NCBI GenBank assembly: GCA_963663165.1
Contig: OY760175.1
Coordinates: 5,536,001-5,600,000, forward strand
Direction: 5' to 3'
DNA: 64,000 nucleotides
Origin: an uncultured Desulfospira sp.
GTDB lineage: Bacteria; Desulfobacterota; Desulfobacteria; Desulfobacterales; Desulfobacteraceae
Shown here: piece after piece, positions 51,513 to 60,133 of the stretch
Layout: every line of letters begins with the position of its first letter
Position numbering within the stretch: the first letter of the stretch is position 1
The notes under the pieces: generated by a model
What the model saw: only the letters and a program-made list of their open reading frames with translations
What the model was told of the DNA's origin: nothing
Database searches by the model: none
Translations under genes and position numbers: made by a program

Positions 51513-52319
51513 GTTTTTATTTTGACTGGCCTTTGTGTTTCTTTTTTCAATTCCATCTAATTTATTTTGAGGCAGTGTTCCATATAAGCTTTCAACCTGT
51601 TTAGGATGAGATATCATTTGCTCTGCTATTAAATTAACCAATCCAAATAATTTTAAAGCGATTTCTTTATTGTCATTCAAGTCAATTTCCCCTGGATGAA
51701 CAGATTCGTTGCCAATAACTCTTACGATATCCAAAGATTTTTGCACAAGGGGATTTAGACCTTTGCTAACTAAACTTGCGATGTCTTTGTCAATATTTTT
51801 GCCGCTTTCCCCCAATTCTTTACACAAGTATTGAATGCTAAGCCTGAGTAACGCTGCCGCTCCTTTTGGTGAAGATTCAACAATTTCTCTTGCTTCATCA
51901 AATAGTTGTTGAATATGTTCTGGAAGATCTCCATTGGGCTTTATATCTATTTTTGAAGTTGGATATACAATTCGATCATAAACCCAAATAGAGATTTCTT
52001 TGCAATTATAACATCTTGCCAAATTACAGTTTTGAAGAATTGGTGCTGTGTAAGGTGTCTTGTCGGAATTTTCAAAAAAAGGCTTCCCTAACATCATTTT
52101 TTCGCACCATTGAACAAGATTATCCCTTAAATCTTTTTCCATATCTGGTTTGGTTTTAAAAAATTCAAGAGACTCTTCATTGGGGATACTTGGAGTCCGA
52201 TGGTCTTGTCCGTATGGTTTAACAAAGATGCTGTACCAGGTTTGGGTTGTGTAAGCACCACAATGTGGGCATGAAAAAGCAGTTTTTGAAATTACGGGGG
52301 TTGTATCTTCATTTGACAT
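51507..52319 (-). CDS. DUF4145 (HEPN-like) protein (cassette)
   Basis: FSCPHC; SPKGAAALLRLSIQ...LDIVRVIGNESVHPGEID; stop codon lies in R''. Confidence 0.8.
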   Translation of the reverse strand: MSNEDTTPVISKTAFSCPHCGAYTTQTWYSIFVKPYGQDHRTPSIPNEESLEFFKTKPDMEKDLRDNLVQWCEKMMLGKPFFENSDKTPYTAPILQNCNLARCYNCKEISIWVYDRIVYPTSKIDIKPNGDLPEHIQQLFDEAREIVESSPKGAAALLRLSIQYLCKELGESGKNIDKDIASLVSKGLNPLVQKSLDIVRVIGNESVHPGEIDLNDNKEIALKLFGLVNLIAEQMISHPKQVESLYGTLPQNKLDGIEKRNTKASQNKNT

Positions 52320-52616
52320 CCTTACATTCCTTTTTTACCACCTAACGGGGAGCTGAGGGGCCGGGCTTTAAAACCACAAAAACTCCAATTATGTAGCGTG
52401 TTTGATTATGTTGTGAGTTTTATTCATTTTTATTCAAAAAGATTTTTCAAATCTTTCATTTTATTCGTATAATTCCAAATCATATGCATAGAAAAAGCCC
52501 GGAGTAGCCCCTCCGGGCTTTGATTGTGAACTCCCGTCGATAGCCGGAGAAGCCCACACACACAGTTATATTTCTATATCATTTTCCGGTTATCTGCAAT
52601 ACCGGAAAAATCTAAA

Positions 52617-53003
52617 ATGCTTTTAATTCCAAATACATGCCGATGGTGCCATTTCGTATTTTTTGTTTGCAGGTTCTGCTGGAGAGGGCAGGCCTATTGT
52701 TGCAGGGACTGCCGTAAGGCCGGAATCCTCAGAAACAAAAGAGAAGCACAGCGACGATACCGCCAGACCGAGAAGGGGAAAAGACGGCATCGGGAAGCCG
52801 AGAACCGGCGTCGGCATCGAAAAAAAATTCAAGAGACAAAAAACATGGATGATACAGCTTCCACAGTGCTGCCTGCTTGGTGTAGGACAATAATATTGTG
52901 GATTTTGTTTCAGATTCAGGGCCTTCCAATCAAACCATATTGTCAGTTCTGCGGCTCTTCAGGTCAAGTCGTCACACAATTTCCCCGGCGGGGATATGGA
53001 TAA
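52617..53003 (+). CDS. Cys-rich Zn-finger protein
   Basis: Protein identical to 32769..33155. Confidence 0.7.
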   Translation: MLLIPNTCRWCHFVFFVCRFCWRGQAYCCRDCRKAGILRNKREAQRRYRQTEKGKRRHREAENRRRHRKKIQETKNMDDTASTVLPAWCRTIILWILFQIQGLPIKPYCQFCGSSGQVVTQFPRRGYG

Positions 53004-53436
53004 ACGTAAAAACTGGAGGCGCGGCATGGTAAAAAAAGAAATCCTGAACCCTTCAAGGGTGCGTTGTATCAAAGGAGGATTTAGTTTTATCCCCCATCGG
53101 TTTCTTACGGGTGGATTTTTGCGAGCATTAAGCCGGGACGAGTTGTTATTGTATTTTTTCCTGGTTCTGGCCGGTGACCGCAACGGATTAAGTTTTTACA
53201 GTTATGATAAAATATGCACCCTGCTAAAAATGCAACTGGACCAGTACATTGAAGCTCGGGATGGATTGATGGAAAATGATCTGATTGCCTTTGACGGCAC
53301 CATTTACCAGGTGCTTTCCTTACCGGCCAACCTTATACAATCTGCTGTACAAAAAAAATCTTCCCTGAACAGCCGTCAACCTGAATCAGTTGGAAAAATT
53401 TTGAGCAAACTGGTTATGGAGGCCGATCATGGTTGA
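52996..53436 (+). CDS. wHTH-like hypothetical protein
   Basis: Protein identical to 33148..33588. Confidence 0.7.
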   Translation: MDKRKNWRRGMVKKEILNPSRVRCIKGGFSFIPHRFLTGGFLRALSRDELLLYFFLVLAGDRNGLSFYSYDKICTLLKMQLDQYIEARDGLMENDLIAFDGTIYQVLSLPANLIQSAVQKKSSLNSRQPESVGKILSKLVMEADHG

Positions 53437-54346
53437 GCAGACACCCAAAAGTCCGCCCGGTTATGATCTGGATCAGATCCGCCGGGATTATCTGGACCAT
53501 ATGCTTAAAATCAAGGAAAGCTCTCCTTCTCAAACCTGTTGCAGGACCAAAATTATCAAAGCGTTTGACAGTTATCTGCAAACATCGGGAGTCTCACTGG
53601 TCAATATAAACATAGGGCATGTTGATGATTTTCTGGCAAGGTTCAATGCCCCATATGCAAAGAGTACCCAGGGGGTATACCGTTCCTGTTTTCGAGGCTT
53701 TTTGCACTACCTGTATAATGAACGGCATTTGATCCAACAGAATTTAGCCCCGCTTGTGACCGGTCCGCCAATGTTTGCTCAAGTCAAGCCTCCTAAATTT
53801 TTAAGACCCGGTGAAGTCCGTCAGTTATTTGATCATTTGCCCTGTGCAACATCCAAAGAGCTTCGTGTCTATGCACAGGTTCACCTGGCTTATTATCTTG
53901 GATTGCGCCCCATTGAAATCAGCCGCCTTACTCTGGACGATATCTGTTTTGCCAAAGGACTGCTAAACCTGGAAAACACAAAAAATGCAAAGCCCCTTCA
54001 ATTGCCCATTCCCGATGAAGTTATCAAAGCAATCACCGCTTATATCGTTGGAGGCAGGCCTAAAAGTCAGTCTCGCTCTCTTTTTTTAACCAGCCATTGC
54101 CCACCTTACAGAGCTGTAAGTGCCTGGCTCACCAGGCACGATTTAACAAAGGCGTTGCGGGCTGCCGGTCTTCCCGGTACAGGATATTGGCTGCGCCACA
54201 CCTTTGCACAAAACATGCTGGAAGCAGGTGCCGGCATTTTTGAAATCAAAGAAATGATGGGGCATTCCATCATTGATTCCACAAAAGTATATCTAAGTAT
54301 CCACAAGGAATTGATGCGCCGGGTGTTGTTCGATGAAACCGTTTAA
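53429..54346 (+). CDS. RIT tyrosine recombinase A
   Basis: Protein identical to copy 1. Confidence 0.88.
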   Translation: MVEQTPKSPPGYDLDQIRRDYLDHMLKIKESSPSQTCCRTKIIKAFDSYLQTSGVSLVNINIGHVDDFLARFNAPYAKSTQGVYRSCFRGFLHYLYNERHLIQQNLAPLVTGPPMFAQVKPPKFLRPGEVRQLFDHLPCATSKELRVYAQVHLAYYLGLRPIEISRLTLDDICFAKGLLNLENTKNAKPLQLPIPDEVIKAITAYIVGGRPKSQSRSLFLTSHCPPYRAVSAWLTRHDLTKALRAAGLPGTGYWLRHTFAQNMLEAGAGIFEIKEMMGHSIIDSTKVYLSIHKELMRRVLFDETV

Positions 54347-55307
54347 AAGCTTTTTGGCCACAGAGATGGAAAACTTTATTGTTTACCGGCAAGGACTGGG
54401 ATACAGTTGCCATATGCTCCGGTGGGCCTTGCTTACCTTTGACGATTTTTTAATGAGGCAGCCGGATCTCTCAGACATTTGGATGCCCCATTTTTATATC
54501 ACCTTTAAAAATGAGATTGGCCTTGAGCCCTCCGGCGTAGCCAGCATTCTAAATGTAGTTCGAGGCTTTTTTGATTATCTGAAACGGCAGCGGATAAATC
54601 TTGATAACCCTTTGAAAGATGTGACCGCTCCGGCCCGGCGCACCTTCATCCCCTTTATATTCTCACCGGAGCAGGTAGAAATGTTACTGGGGGTGGTATG
54701 CGGACGGATCCGGCAAACCCCTATGCGGTTCCTTAAAGATTACAGTGAATATCTGGTGATCCTTCTGCTTGCCCGCTGTGGGCTGAGGATGAATGAACCC
54801 TTGCGCCTGAGATTGAAAAATTACCGGCCGGATGAAAAGACGATTTACATAGAGAAAACCAAGTTCAAAAAGGACCGTCTTATCCCTATTCCAAAATCAA
54901 CTGCCATGCAGATTGACAACTATCTTTCAACCAGGGCCGCTTTAATTGAAAACGATATGAATCCCTACCTGTTCATGGGGATAGGGGAAAACGGCTTGAA
55001 CGATAACCGTATTCGCTCTGTTTTTCACGATGCTGTGCGTCAAATCGGGATCCGCCGCCCAAGGAAAATTATCGGCGACACGACCTTTGGGAAGCCCACT
55101 CCGCACTGTTTACGGCACTCTTTTGCCATTAACACCTTGAAGGCAGCCATTGCCCGGAAACAATCACCCCGGAATGTGCTGCCGGTGCTTGCCGGCTATA
55201 TGGGTCATGTTGAGTATAAATACACCATGGAATATTTGAAAGCAGTTGATGCTGAAAGCCGCGACAGCCTGTTCAAATTTACCACCGGCAGAAGGGATGA
55301 ATCATGA
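54333..55307 (+). CDS. RIT tyrosine recombinase B
   Basis: One substitution versus copy 1 (NYLST vs NYLLT). Confidence 0.9.
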   Translation: MKPFKSFLATEMENFIVYRQGLGYSCHMLRWALLTFDDFLMRQPDLSDIWMPHFYITFKNEIGLEPSGVASILNVVRGFFDYLKRQRINLDNPLKDVTAPARRTFIPFIFSPEQVEMLLGVVCGRIRQTPMRFLKDYSEYLVILLLARCGLRMNEPLRLRLKNYRPDEKTIYIEKTKFKKDRLIPIPKSTAMQIDNYLSTRAALIENDMNPYLFMGIGENGLNDNRIRSVFHDAVRQIGIRRPRKIIGDTTFGKPTPHCLRHSFAINTLKAAIARKQSPRNVLPVLAGYMGHVEYKYTMEYLKAVDAESRDSLFKFTTGRRDES

Positions 55308-56323
55308 ACCTGACCCGTTGCGTTGTTCAATTTTTTGACCAATACCTGCCTTATGTCAAAGGGTGCCGCCCCAATACGATCAAAAGTTACCGGGATACCA
55401 TGCGCTTTTTTTTACCGTTTGCTGCCGAATACCACAGCGTAAAGGTCAGTTCGCTCAATCTGGAACATATCACGGTAGAATTAATTTTGCAGTTTCTCAA
55501 TGAGCTTGAATCCAAACGGTCCAACACGGCTAAAACCCGGAACCAGCGCCTGGCCGTTTTAAAGTCTTTTGCCAAAATGATCCGTTTTATTTATCCCGAG
55601 CAACAAAAACTGACCAATGCGATCCTTGATATTCCCCGGAAACGAAGCCAACACAAGTTGATCGGATTTTTGTATCCCCAGGAGATCAATCAAATCCTTA
55701 ATGCGGTCCAACTTAAAAGAAAGGACGGGTTCCGAGATTATACCCTTCTGTATCTATTATATGATACCGGTGCCAGGGCAACGGAAATCGCTACCCTTGA
55801 GATGGATTATTTTGATTATGAAAATCAAACTCTGGCGATTCTTGGGAAGGGTAACCGATATCGACAAGTTCAGTTGCTTGGGAAAACAGTAGAGCTTATG
55901 CATCAGTATATTGAAGAACATCGCAATACGCCAATCCATCCGTTTAAAAAAAGGCTGTTCATCAACCAAAGAGGAACAAGCTTGACCCGCCACGGTATCA
56001 ACCGGATCTGTAAAAACTACCTTGAACAGGCTTTACCGGCAAAGCGGACAGCGACCATGCACCCCGTCCATAGCTTCCGTCATTCGTGTGCCGTTCGAAT
56101 GCTCTCAGAGGATCGGCCTTTATCTGAAATTAAGAATCGCTTGGGGCATTCTAATGTCAAATCCACAATGGTTTACTTAAAGCTTGATCTAGGCCAGAAG
56201 CGACATTTACAAGAGAACTTCATCCAGTTCACCAAACAGCACCTGAAATCTGATCCGAAAATTGAGGAGTTGATCCAGTGGGAAAACAAGCAAAACGTTC
56301 TTGAGTGGCTGGATAGTCTATAG
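55304..56323 (+). CDS. RIT tyrosine recombinase C
   Basis: Protein identical to copy 1. Confidence 0.9.
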   Translation: MNLTRCVVQFFDQYLPYVKGCRPNTIKSYRDTMRFFLPFAAEYHSVKVSSLNLEHITVELILQFLNELESKRSNTAKTRNQRLAVLKSFAKMIRFIYPEQQKLTNAILDIPRKRSQHKLIGFLYPQEINQILNAVQLKRKDGFRDYTLLYLLYDTGARATEIATLEMDYFDYENQTLAILGKGNRYRQVQLLGKTVELMHQYIEEHRNTPIHPFKKRLFINQRGTSLTRHGINRICKNYLEQALPAKRTATMHPVHSFRHSCAVRMLSEDRPLSEIKNRLGHSNVKSTMVYLKLDLGQKRHLQENFIQFTKQHLKSDPKIEELIQWENKQNVLEWLDSL

Positions 56324-56629
56324 ATCCTTACAGACTTCATCACCAGCACTCCTCAGGGCAAACTGTAGCTGTTTATTATGTTTAGTGATTTGTTGCAAAT
56401 TTGTCATACCCTTGATAACCAACTGTTTATTTGAACGATTTTGACTTACGGCATTACGGCGCCCAAACCACGGTCAATCAAGGCTTCAGGACCGCTCGCA
56501 ACATAACTCCAATAAAAAGTTAATTTTTCATGCACCAAGAGCTTTCAAAAAGACGGCGCAGGTAGCCCGGTCGCCTCGAGCGTTTTGTTGGGCTTTTATT
56601 TGATGGGCTTTTATTTGAATCAAATCAGA

Positions 56630-57181
56630 TTAAAGCCCTTCACCTAATGGCGCAGATGATATGTTCAAATGGATATTTTCATTATCTAATTTGAGATCGT
56701 GTGCCATGATATATTTTCGAATATCGGGAAAGAAATCCTTTTGCCTGTTTTGTAAATTCTCAAAAAGATGAAGCATTGCAGCAACATCATGGGCATCATA
56801 ATCGCCTGGCAGCATAGCCTCTACCCATTGTTCTTGGATTTCATTTTGTTTTTCCTTAGGCAAATAAGCCATATTCCATATCATCATAGATAAATCTATT
56901 ATTCCACGAACCCTAATTTCATTTCCCCAATACATTTTAATATATGGTTCCGCTATTTTCAAAATCACTGCTGACATTTTGATTTGATCAGGATTATCAA
57001 TAATACTCATCTTTGTTGGATCCAAATCTAATCCTTTAAGCAAATCATGTACCTTCTTATTTAAATTCTGGTACTTTGTTTGGGTTGTTTTATGCTTTTT
57101 AATATTTTGAGTTTTAAACCCCAAAGCTTTTCTCTTGTTTTTTCTGGATTGGTTTTTACGTACTTGTTTTCCCATTACCAT
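56630..57181 (-). CDS. Hypothetical protein (cassette)
   Basis: Single ORF filling the space between two attC sites; start trimmed to lie downstream of the attC. Confidence 0.7.
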   Translation of the reverse strand: MVMGKQVRKNQSRKNKRKALGFKTQNIKKHKTTQTKYQNLNKKVHDLLKGLDLDPTKMSIIDNPDQIKMSAVILKIAEPYIKMYWGNEIRVRGIIDLSMMIWNMAYLPKEKQNEIQEQWVEAMLPGDYDAHDVAAMLHLFENLQNRQKDFFPDIRKYIMAHDLKLDNENIHLNISSAPLGEGL

Positions 57182-57205
57182 ACTTTCTTTTCGGTATTTT
57201 GTGGA

Positions 57206-57333
57206 GCCCAACGACAAGCTCAGCCGACCGGGGGCAAGTTGCCGAGTTCGTTGTAAAAGCCAAGTCCTTTCATAAATCAAGGTCTTTCAAAAGTCGCTAA
57301 GCCCCCCGGGTCGGCTGGAGCGGCTTGTTCGCC
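57206..57333 (-). repeat. attC site (type A)
   Basis: GGCGAAC...GTTGGGC. Confidence 0.88.
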
Positions 57334-57340
57334 AATTAAC

Positions 57341-57799
57341 TTAGTGATTATCAAAGTCATTATATTTTGCTTTCAGCCGTATAGCAGCACAAATTTCAAG
57401 CAAGGCTTGCCGAGTAGGATCGGGCTCTTCAATAAATTGGACATCCATATTTTTGATCCTCTGTCTCGCCTTATCGAATGCCTGTTTGAAATCTGGCTGT
57501 GTTAGTAAGTCTTTTCGTGAACCTTTTTTTTGATAAGATGCTTTTATGTTACCAGTCTGCTCACGGGCTAAAAGAAAAGCAAATGTAGCTTGGTTATGGT
57601 TATTTCGAGTGTGATACTGAAGTCTTTTACGCAATTTGTTTGATCTGCCAACGTATAGAGCGGTTTCATTTTCCGAAAAAAGATATATTCCAGACGCGGG
57701 CATATCTTTCGGCAAAGCCTTCATGCAGCATTTAGGGGCGTCGCATAACATCGAATATTTATTTTCAACATCCTTAATTGCTTCGGAAAATTCATTCAT
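57341..57799 (-). CDS. GIY-YIG nuclease-family protein (cassette)
   Basis: SGIYLF...LYVGRS..LRKRL; LLE; KYN. Confidence 0.75.
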   Translation of the reverse strand: MNEFSEAIKDVENKYSMLCDAPKCCMKALPKDMPASGIYLFSENETALYVGRSNKLRKRLQYHTRNNHNQATFAFLLAREQTGNIKASYQKKGSRKDLLTQPDFKQAFDKARQRIKNMDVQFIEEPDPTRQALLEICAAIRLKAKYNDFDNH

Positions 57800-57813
57800 T
57801 CAACATTTTCTCC

Positions 57814-57940
57814 GGCGAACGGGGAGCTCAGCCGACCGGGGCATATAACCGAGCAGGTTGTCGAAGCCAAGTTCTTTCGAAAACCAAGAGCTTTCGAAAA
57901 GCCGCTAGCCCCCCGGGTCGGCTGCAGCGTTTTGTTATCA
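57814..57940 (-). repeat. attC site (A/B hybrid)
   Basis: TGATAAC-AAAAC-GCTGCAGCCGACC...GTTCGCC. Confidence 0.88.
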
Positions 57941-57950
57941 TAATTTTTGA

Positions 57951-58241
57951 TCAAACATGAAGGGCTTCAAGTACCGCTTTAGGGTTTTTGGAGGCGATAC
58001 GTAACAAGGCTTTTGCAGGGCCTTCTGGTTTCCTCCTCCCTTGTTCCCAATTTTGAAGAGTTCTTACGCTTACTCCTATCATCATGGCAAATTCAGACTG
58101 TGAAACGCTTAAAGTCTTCCGAACCATTTTAATTTCAGGAGCTTCAATCTCAAAAACTCGGCTTGGTTTCTTTTTTCCGGTTTTTATATCGCCAGCTTCT
58201 TTTATGCTTGAAAGCAACATATCAAAATCTTCTTTTTTCAT
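57951..58241 (-). CDS. HigA-like Xre HTH antitoxin
   Basis: SQSEFAMMIGVSVRTLQNWEQGRRKPEGPAKALL. Confidence 0.88.
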   Translation of the reverse strand: MKKEDFDMLLSSIKEAGDIKTGKKKPSRVFEIEAPEIKMVRKTLSVSQSEFAMMIGVSVRTLQNWEQGRRKPEGPAKALLRIASKNPKAVLEALHV

Positions 58242-58570
58242 AATAAATTCTCCTTTAATGCTTTTTTCAAGATTTTGACTTGTTCGAGGGTTAAATCTTC
58301 TTGTTCGTTTTTCTTGTACATGAACAGCATGTAGATCGTTTCGGGTTGATCAAAATAGTAAATAACCCGTAAAGCCCCTCTTTTGCCTGCACCAGGTAAT
58401 TTCCAACGAATTTTACGAATTCCTCCACTTCCTTTAATAATTGCCCCTGCACCTGGATTTAACATTAAAGCAGATTGCAATACTCGATAACTCGAGTCGG
58501 GTAGAAGCTTCAGAACTTGCTTGGTAAATATTGATGTTTCAATGAATTCCATAACACAACAATACGCCAT
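58238..58570 (-). CDS. RelE/HigB-type toxin (start probably MEFIETS)
   Basis: FIETSIF...GSGGIRKIRW...GKRGALRVIY...YKKNEQEDL; promoter TTGACT-17-TATTGT upstream. Confidence 0.88.
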   Translation of the reverse strand: MAYCCVMEFIETSIFTKQVLKLLPDSSYRVLQSALMLNPGAGAIIKGSGGIRKIRWKLPGAGKRGALRVIYYFDQPETIYMLFMYKKNEQEDLTLEQVKILKKALKENLL

Positions 58571-58605
58571 TGACGTATTTAAGTCAAGATGGAGATGGTT
58601 TTAAA

Positions 58606-58732
58606 TGATAACGACAAGCTCAGCCGACCGGGGCAAATTGCCGAGCGCGTTGTAAAAGCCCAATCCTTTCAAAAATCAAGGTCTTTCAAAAGTCGCTAGG
58701 CCCCCCGGGTCGGCTGGAGCGGCTTGTTAGCT
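58606..58732 (-). repeat. attC site (type A)
   Basis: AGCTAAC...GTTATCA; nearly identical to the site at 51386. Confidence 0.88.
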
Positions 58733-58735
58733 GAA

Positions 58736-59107
58736 TCATAGCTTTTTTACGTTTATGGTTTTATCGCATATCACTCCAATTAGTGATGTTATTAATCCCA
58801 GAACAAGACTACCGCCAATTGCGTATAGCGGAATAAAAATAAATATAAGGCCAGCTGTAGATGAACCAGTTTTAGTTGCCCACCAATCAAAAAACCATGC
58901 GAAATGACTAAAAAAGACTATGATGGTCGCACCTGTAGCGAATCCAATACCCCCCAATTTATTGGCATAGCTTTTGCTTTTAAAGCTACTCTTCAATACT
59001 ATATATCCAAGAACAAGAGGGACCATATTCCAAAAAGCAAAAGGGTTAATTGGTATTCCCTCCAAAATATATACAGAAACACAAAGAATGATGAAAACTA
59101 TTGTCAA
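58736..59107 (-). CDS. Small membrane protein (cassette)
   Basis: About four hydrophobic segments, GSSTAGLIFIFIP; bounded by attC sites. Confidence 0.65.
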   Translation of the reverse strand: MTIVFIILCVSVYILEGIPINPFAFWNMVPLVLGYIVLKSSFKSKSYANKLGGIGFATGATIIVFFSHFAWFFDWWATKTGSSTAGLIFIFIPLYAIGGSLVLGLITSLIGVICDKTINVKKL

Positions 59108-59162
59108 TAAATTTCCTTTTTTCCCATTGTATGTTTAATGATATCCATGGTCGATTTTAACA

Positions 59163-59292
59163 CGCTAACGGGGAGCTCAGCCGCCCGGGGACGAAAACCG
59201 AGAAATTCCCAAAAATTAAATTCATTTCATAAACCAGACACTTTTCAAAAGCCGCTAGCACCCCCGGGTCGGCCTGAAGCGTTTTGTTGGGT
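59163..59292 (-). repeat. attC site (type B)
   Basis: ACCCAAC...GTTAGCG. Confidence 0.85.
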
Positions 59293-59619
59293 GATATCTG
59301 TTGCCGTTCTTTGAAGCGCATCAGTTACCCATGTATTAAGGCTTTTACCATTCTTTCGTGCTTGAATAACAAGGGTCTTATGTAGTTCTGGGCCAACTCG
59401 AACTAAAAATTTCCCAGAATATGGCTTTTCAGGAGCCTCGCCCCGCTCAGCACAAAATTCCAAGTAGTCTTCTACTGAATCTGTAAATGCTTTTCTAAGC
59501 TCCTCAACAGATTCTCCTTCAAAGGTAATTACATCTCTCAAATTGATGATTTCTCCATGAAAAATGTTGGCTTCATCATCAAACTCAACCTTTGCAAAAT
59601 ATCCTTTATATTCCATCAT
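59245..59619 (-). CDS. hicB: HicB antitoxin (reads into the attC)
   Basis: MEYKGY...SVEDYLEFC...PEKPYSGKFLVRV...SLN. Confidence 0.9.
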   Translation of the reverse strand: MMEYKGYFAKVEFDDEANIFHGEIINLRDVITFEGESVEELRKAFTDSVEDYLEFCAERGEAPEKPYSGKFLVRVGPELHKTLVIQARKNGKSLNTWVTDALQRTATDITQQNASGRPGGASGF

Positions 59620-59876
59620 GGTCTTACTCCTGCCTCTTGAAGAAATCTTCGTACAGATTTGACTGCCCCTTTCCCAGTGACTCTTTCCGGGTGAGGTCTG
59701 TGAAAAACGGCACGGACATCATTTAGCGCAATTCTAACTCGTGAACCCCTACCTTCAGAAATATCAGCACCGAGTGCGGAGAATAGCGATTCAATATTTG
59801 ACCACGCTATATCTGATCTTTCTGGTTTTTCGAATATTCTTTCAAGAGTTTGTTGTTGCTTTTTATTCATGCTCAA
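59616..59876 (-). CDS. hicA: HicA toxin
   Basis: IAWSNIESL...EGRGSRV...FHRPHP. Confidence 0.88.
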   Translation of the reverse strand: MSMNKKQQQTLERIFEKPERSDIAWSNIESLFSALGADISEGRGSRVRIALNDVRAVFHRPHPERVTGKGAVKSVRRFLQEAGVRP

Positions 59877-59942
59877 ATGATATTACACTTTGATACTATT
59901 TTAAAGGCTTTAAATGAATATTTTGAGGATGGATGTTACGAC

Positions 59943-60071
59943 ACCCAACGATAAGCTCAGCCGACCGGGGGTAAGTTGCCGAGCGCGTTGTAAAAGTCAA
60001 ATCCTTTCATTAATCAAGGACTTTCGAAAAGTCGCTAAGCCCCCCGGGTCGGCTGGAGCGGCTTGTTCTTT
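59943..60071 (-). repeat. attC site (type A), first visible in the array
   Basis: AAAGAAC-AAGCC-GCTCCAGCC...GTTGGGT. Confidence 0.85.
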
Positions 60072-60133
60072 TCCATTACGTTGGGGAACATAGGAGCCTT
60101 GCCCCTTTTTCTCCGACATTGCCCAATGAGGTC

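Larger units (their letters stand above)
52389..56506 (+). mobile_element. RIT element, copy 2
   Basis: Same 4118-bp unit, flanked by CTCCAA on both sides. Confidence 0.9.
52340..56593 (-). repeat. attC site (type C-like) split in its centre by RIT copy 2
   Basis: Arms 52340-52388 and 56513-56593 rejoin to a ~130-bp attC. Confidence 0.8.

Noticed and set aside
7363..60071. Dispersed ~128-bp repeats as a CRISPR array or REP/MITE family
   Set aside because: They are separated by whole genes and show attC R/L box architecture; no cas genes are present
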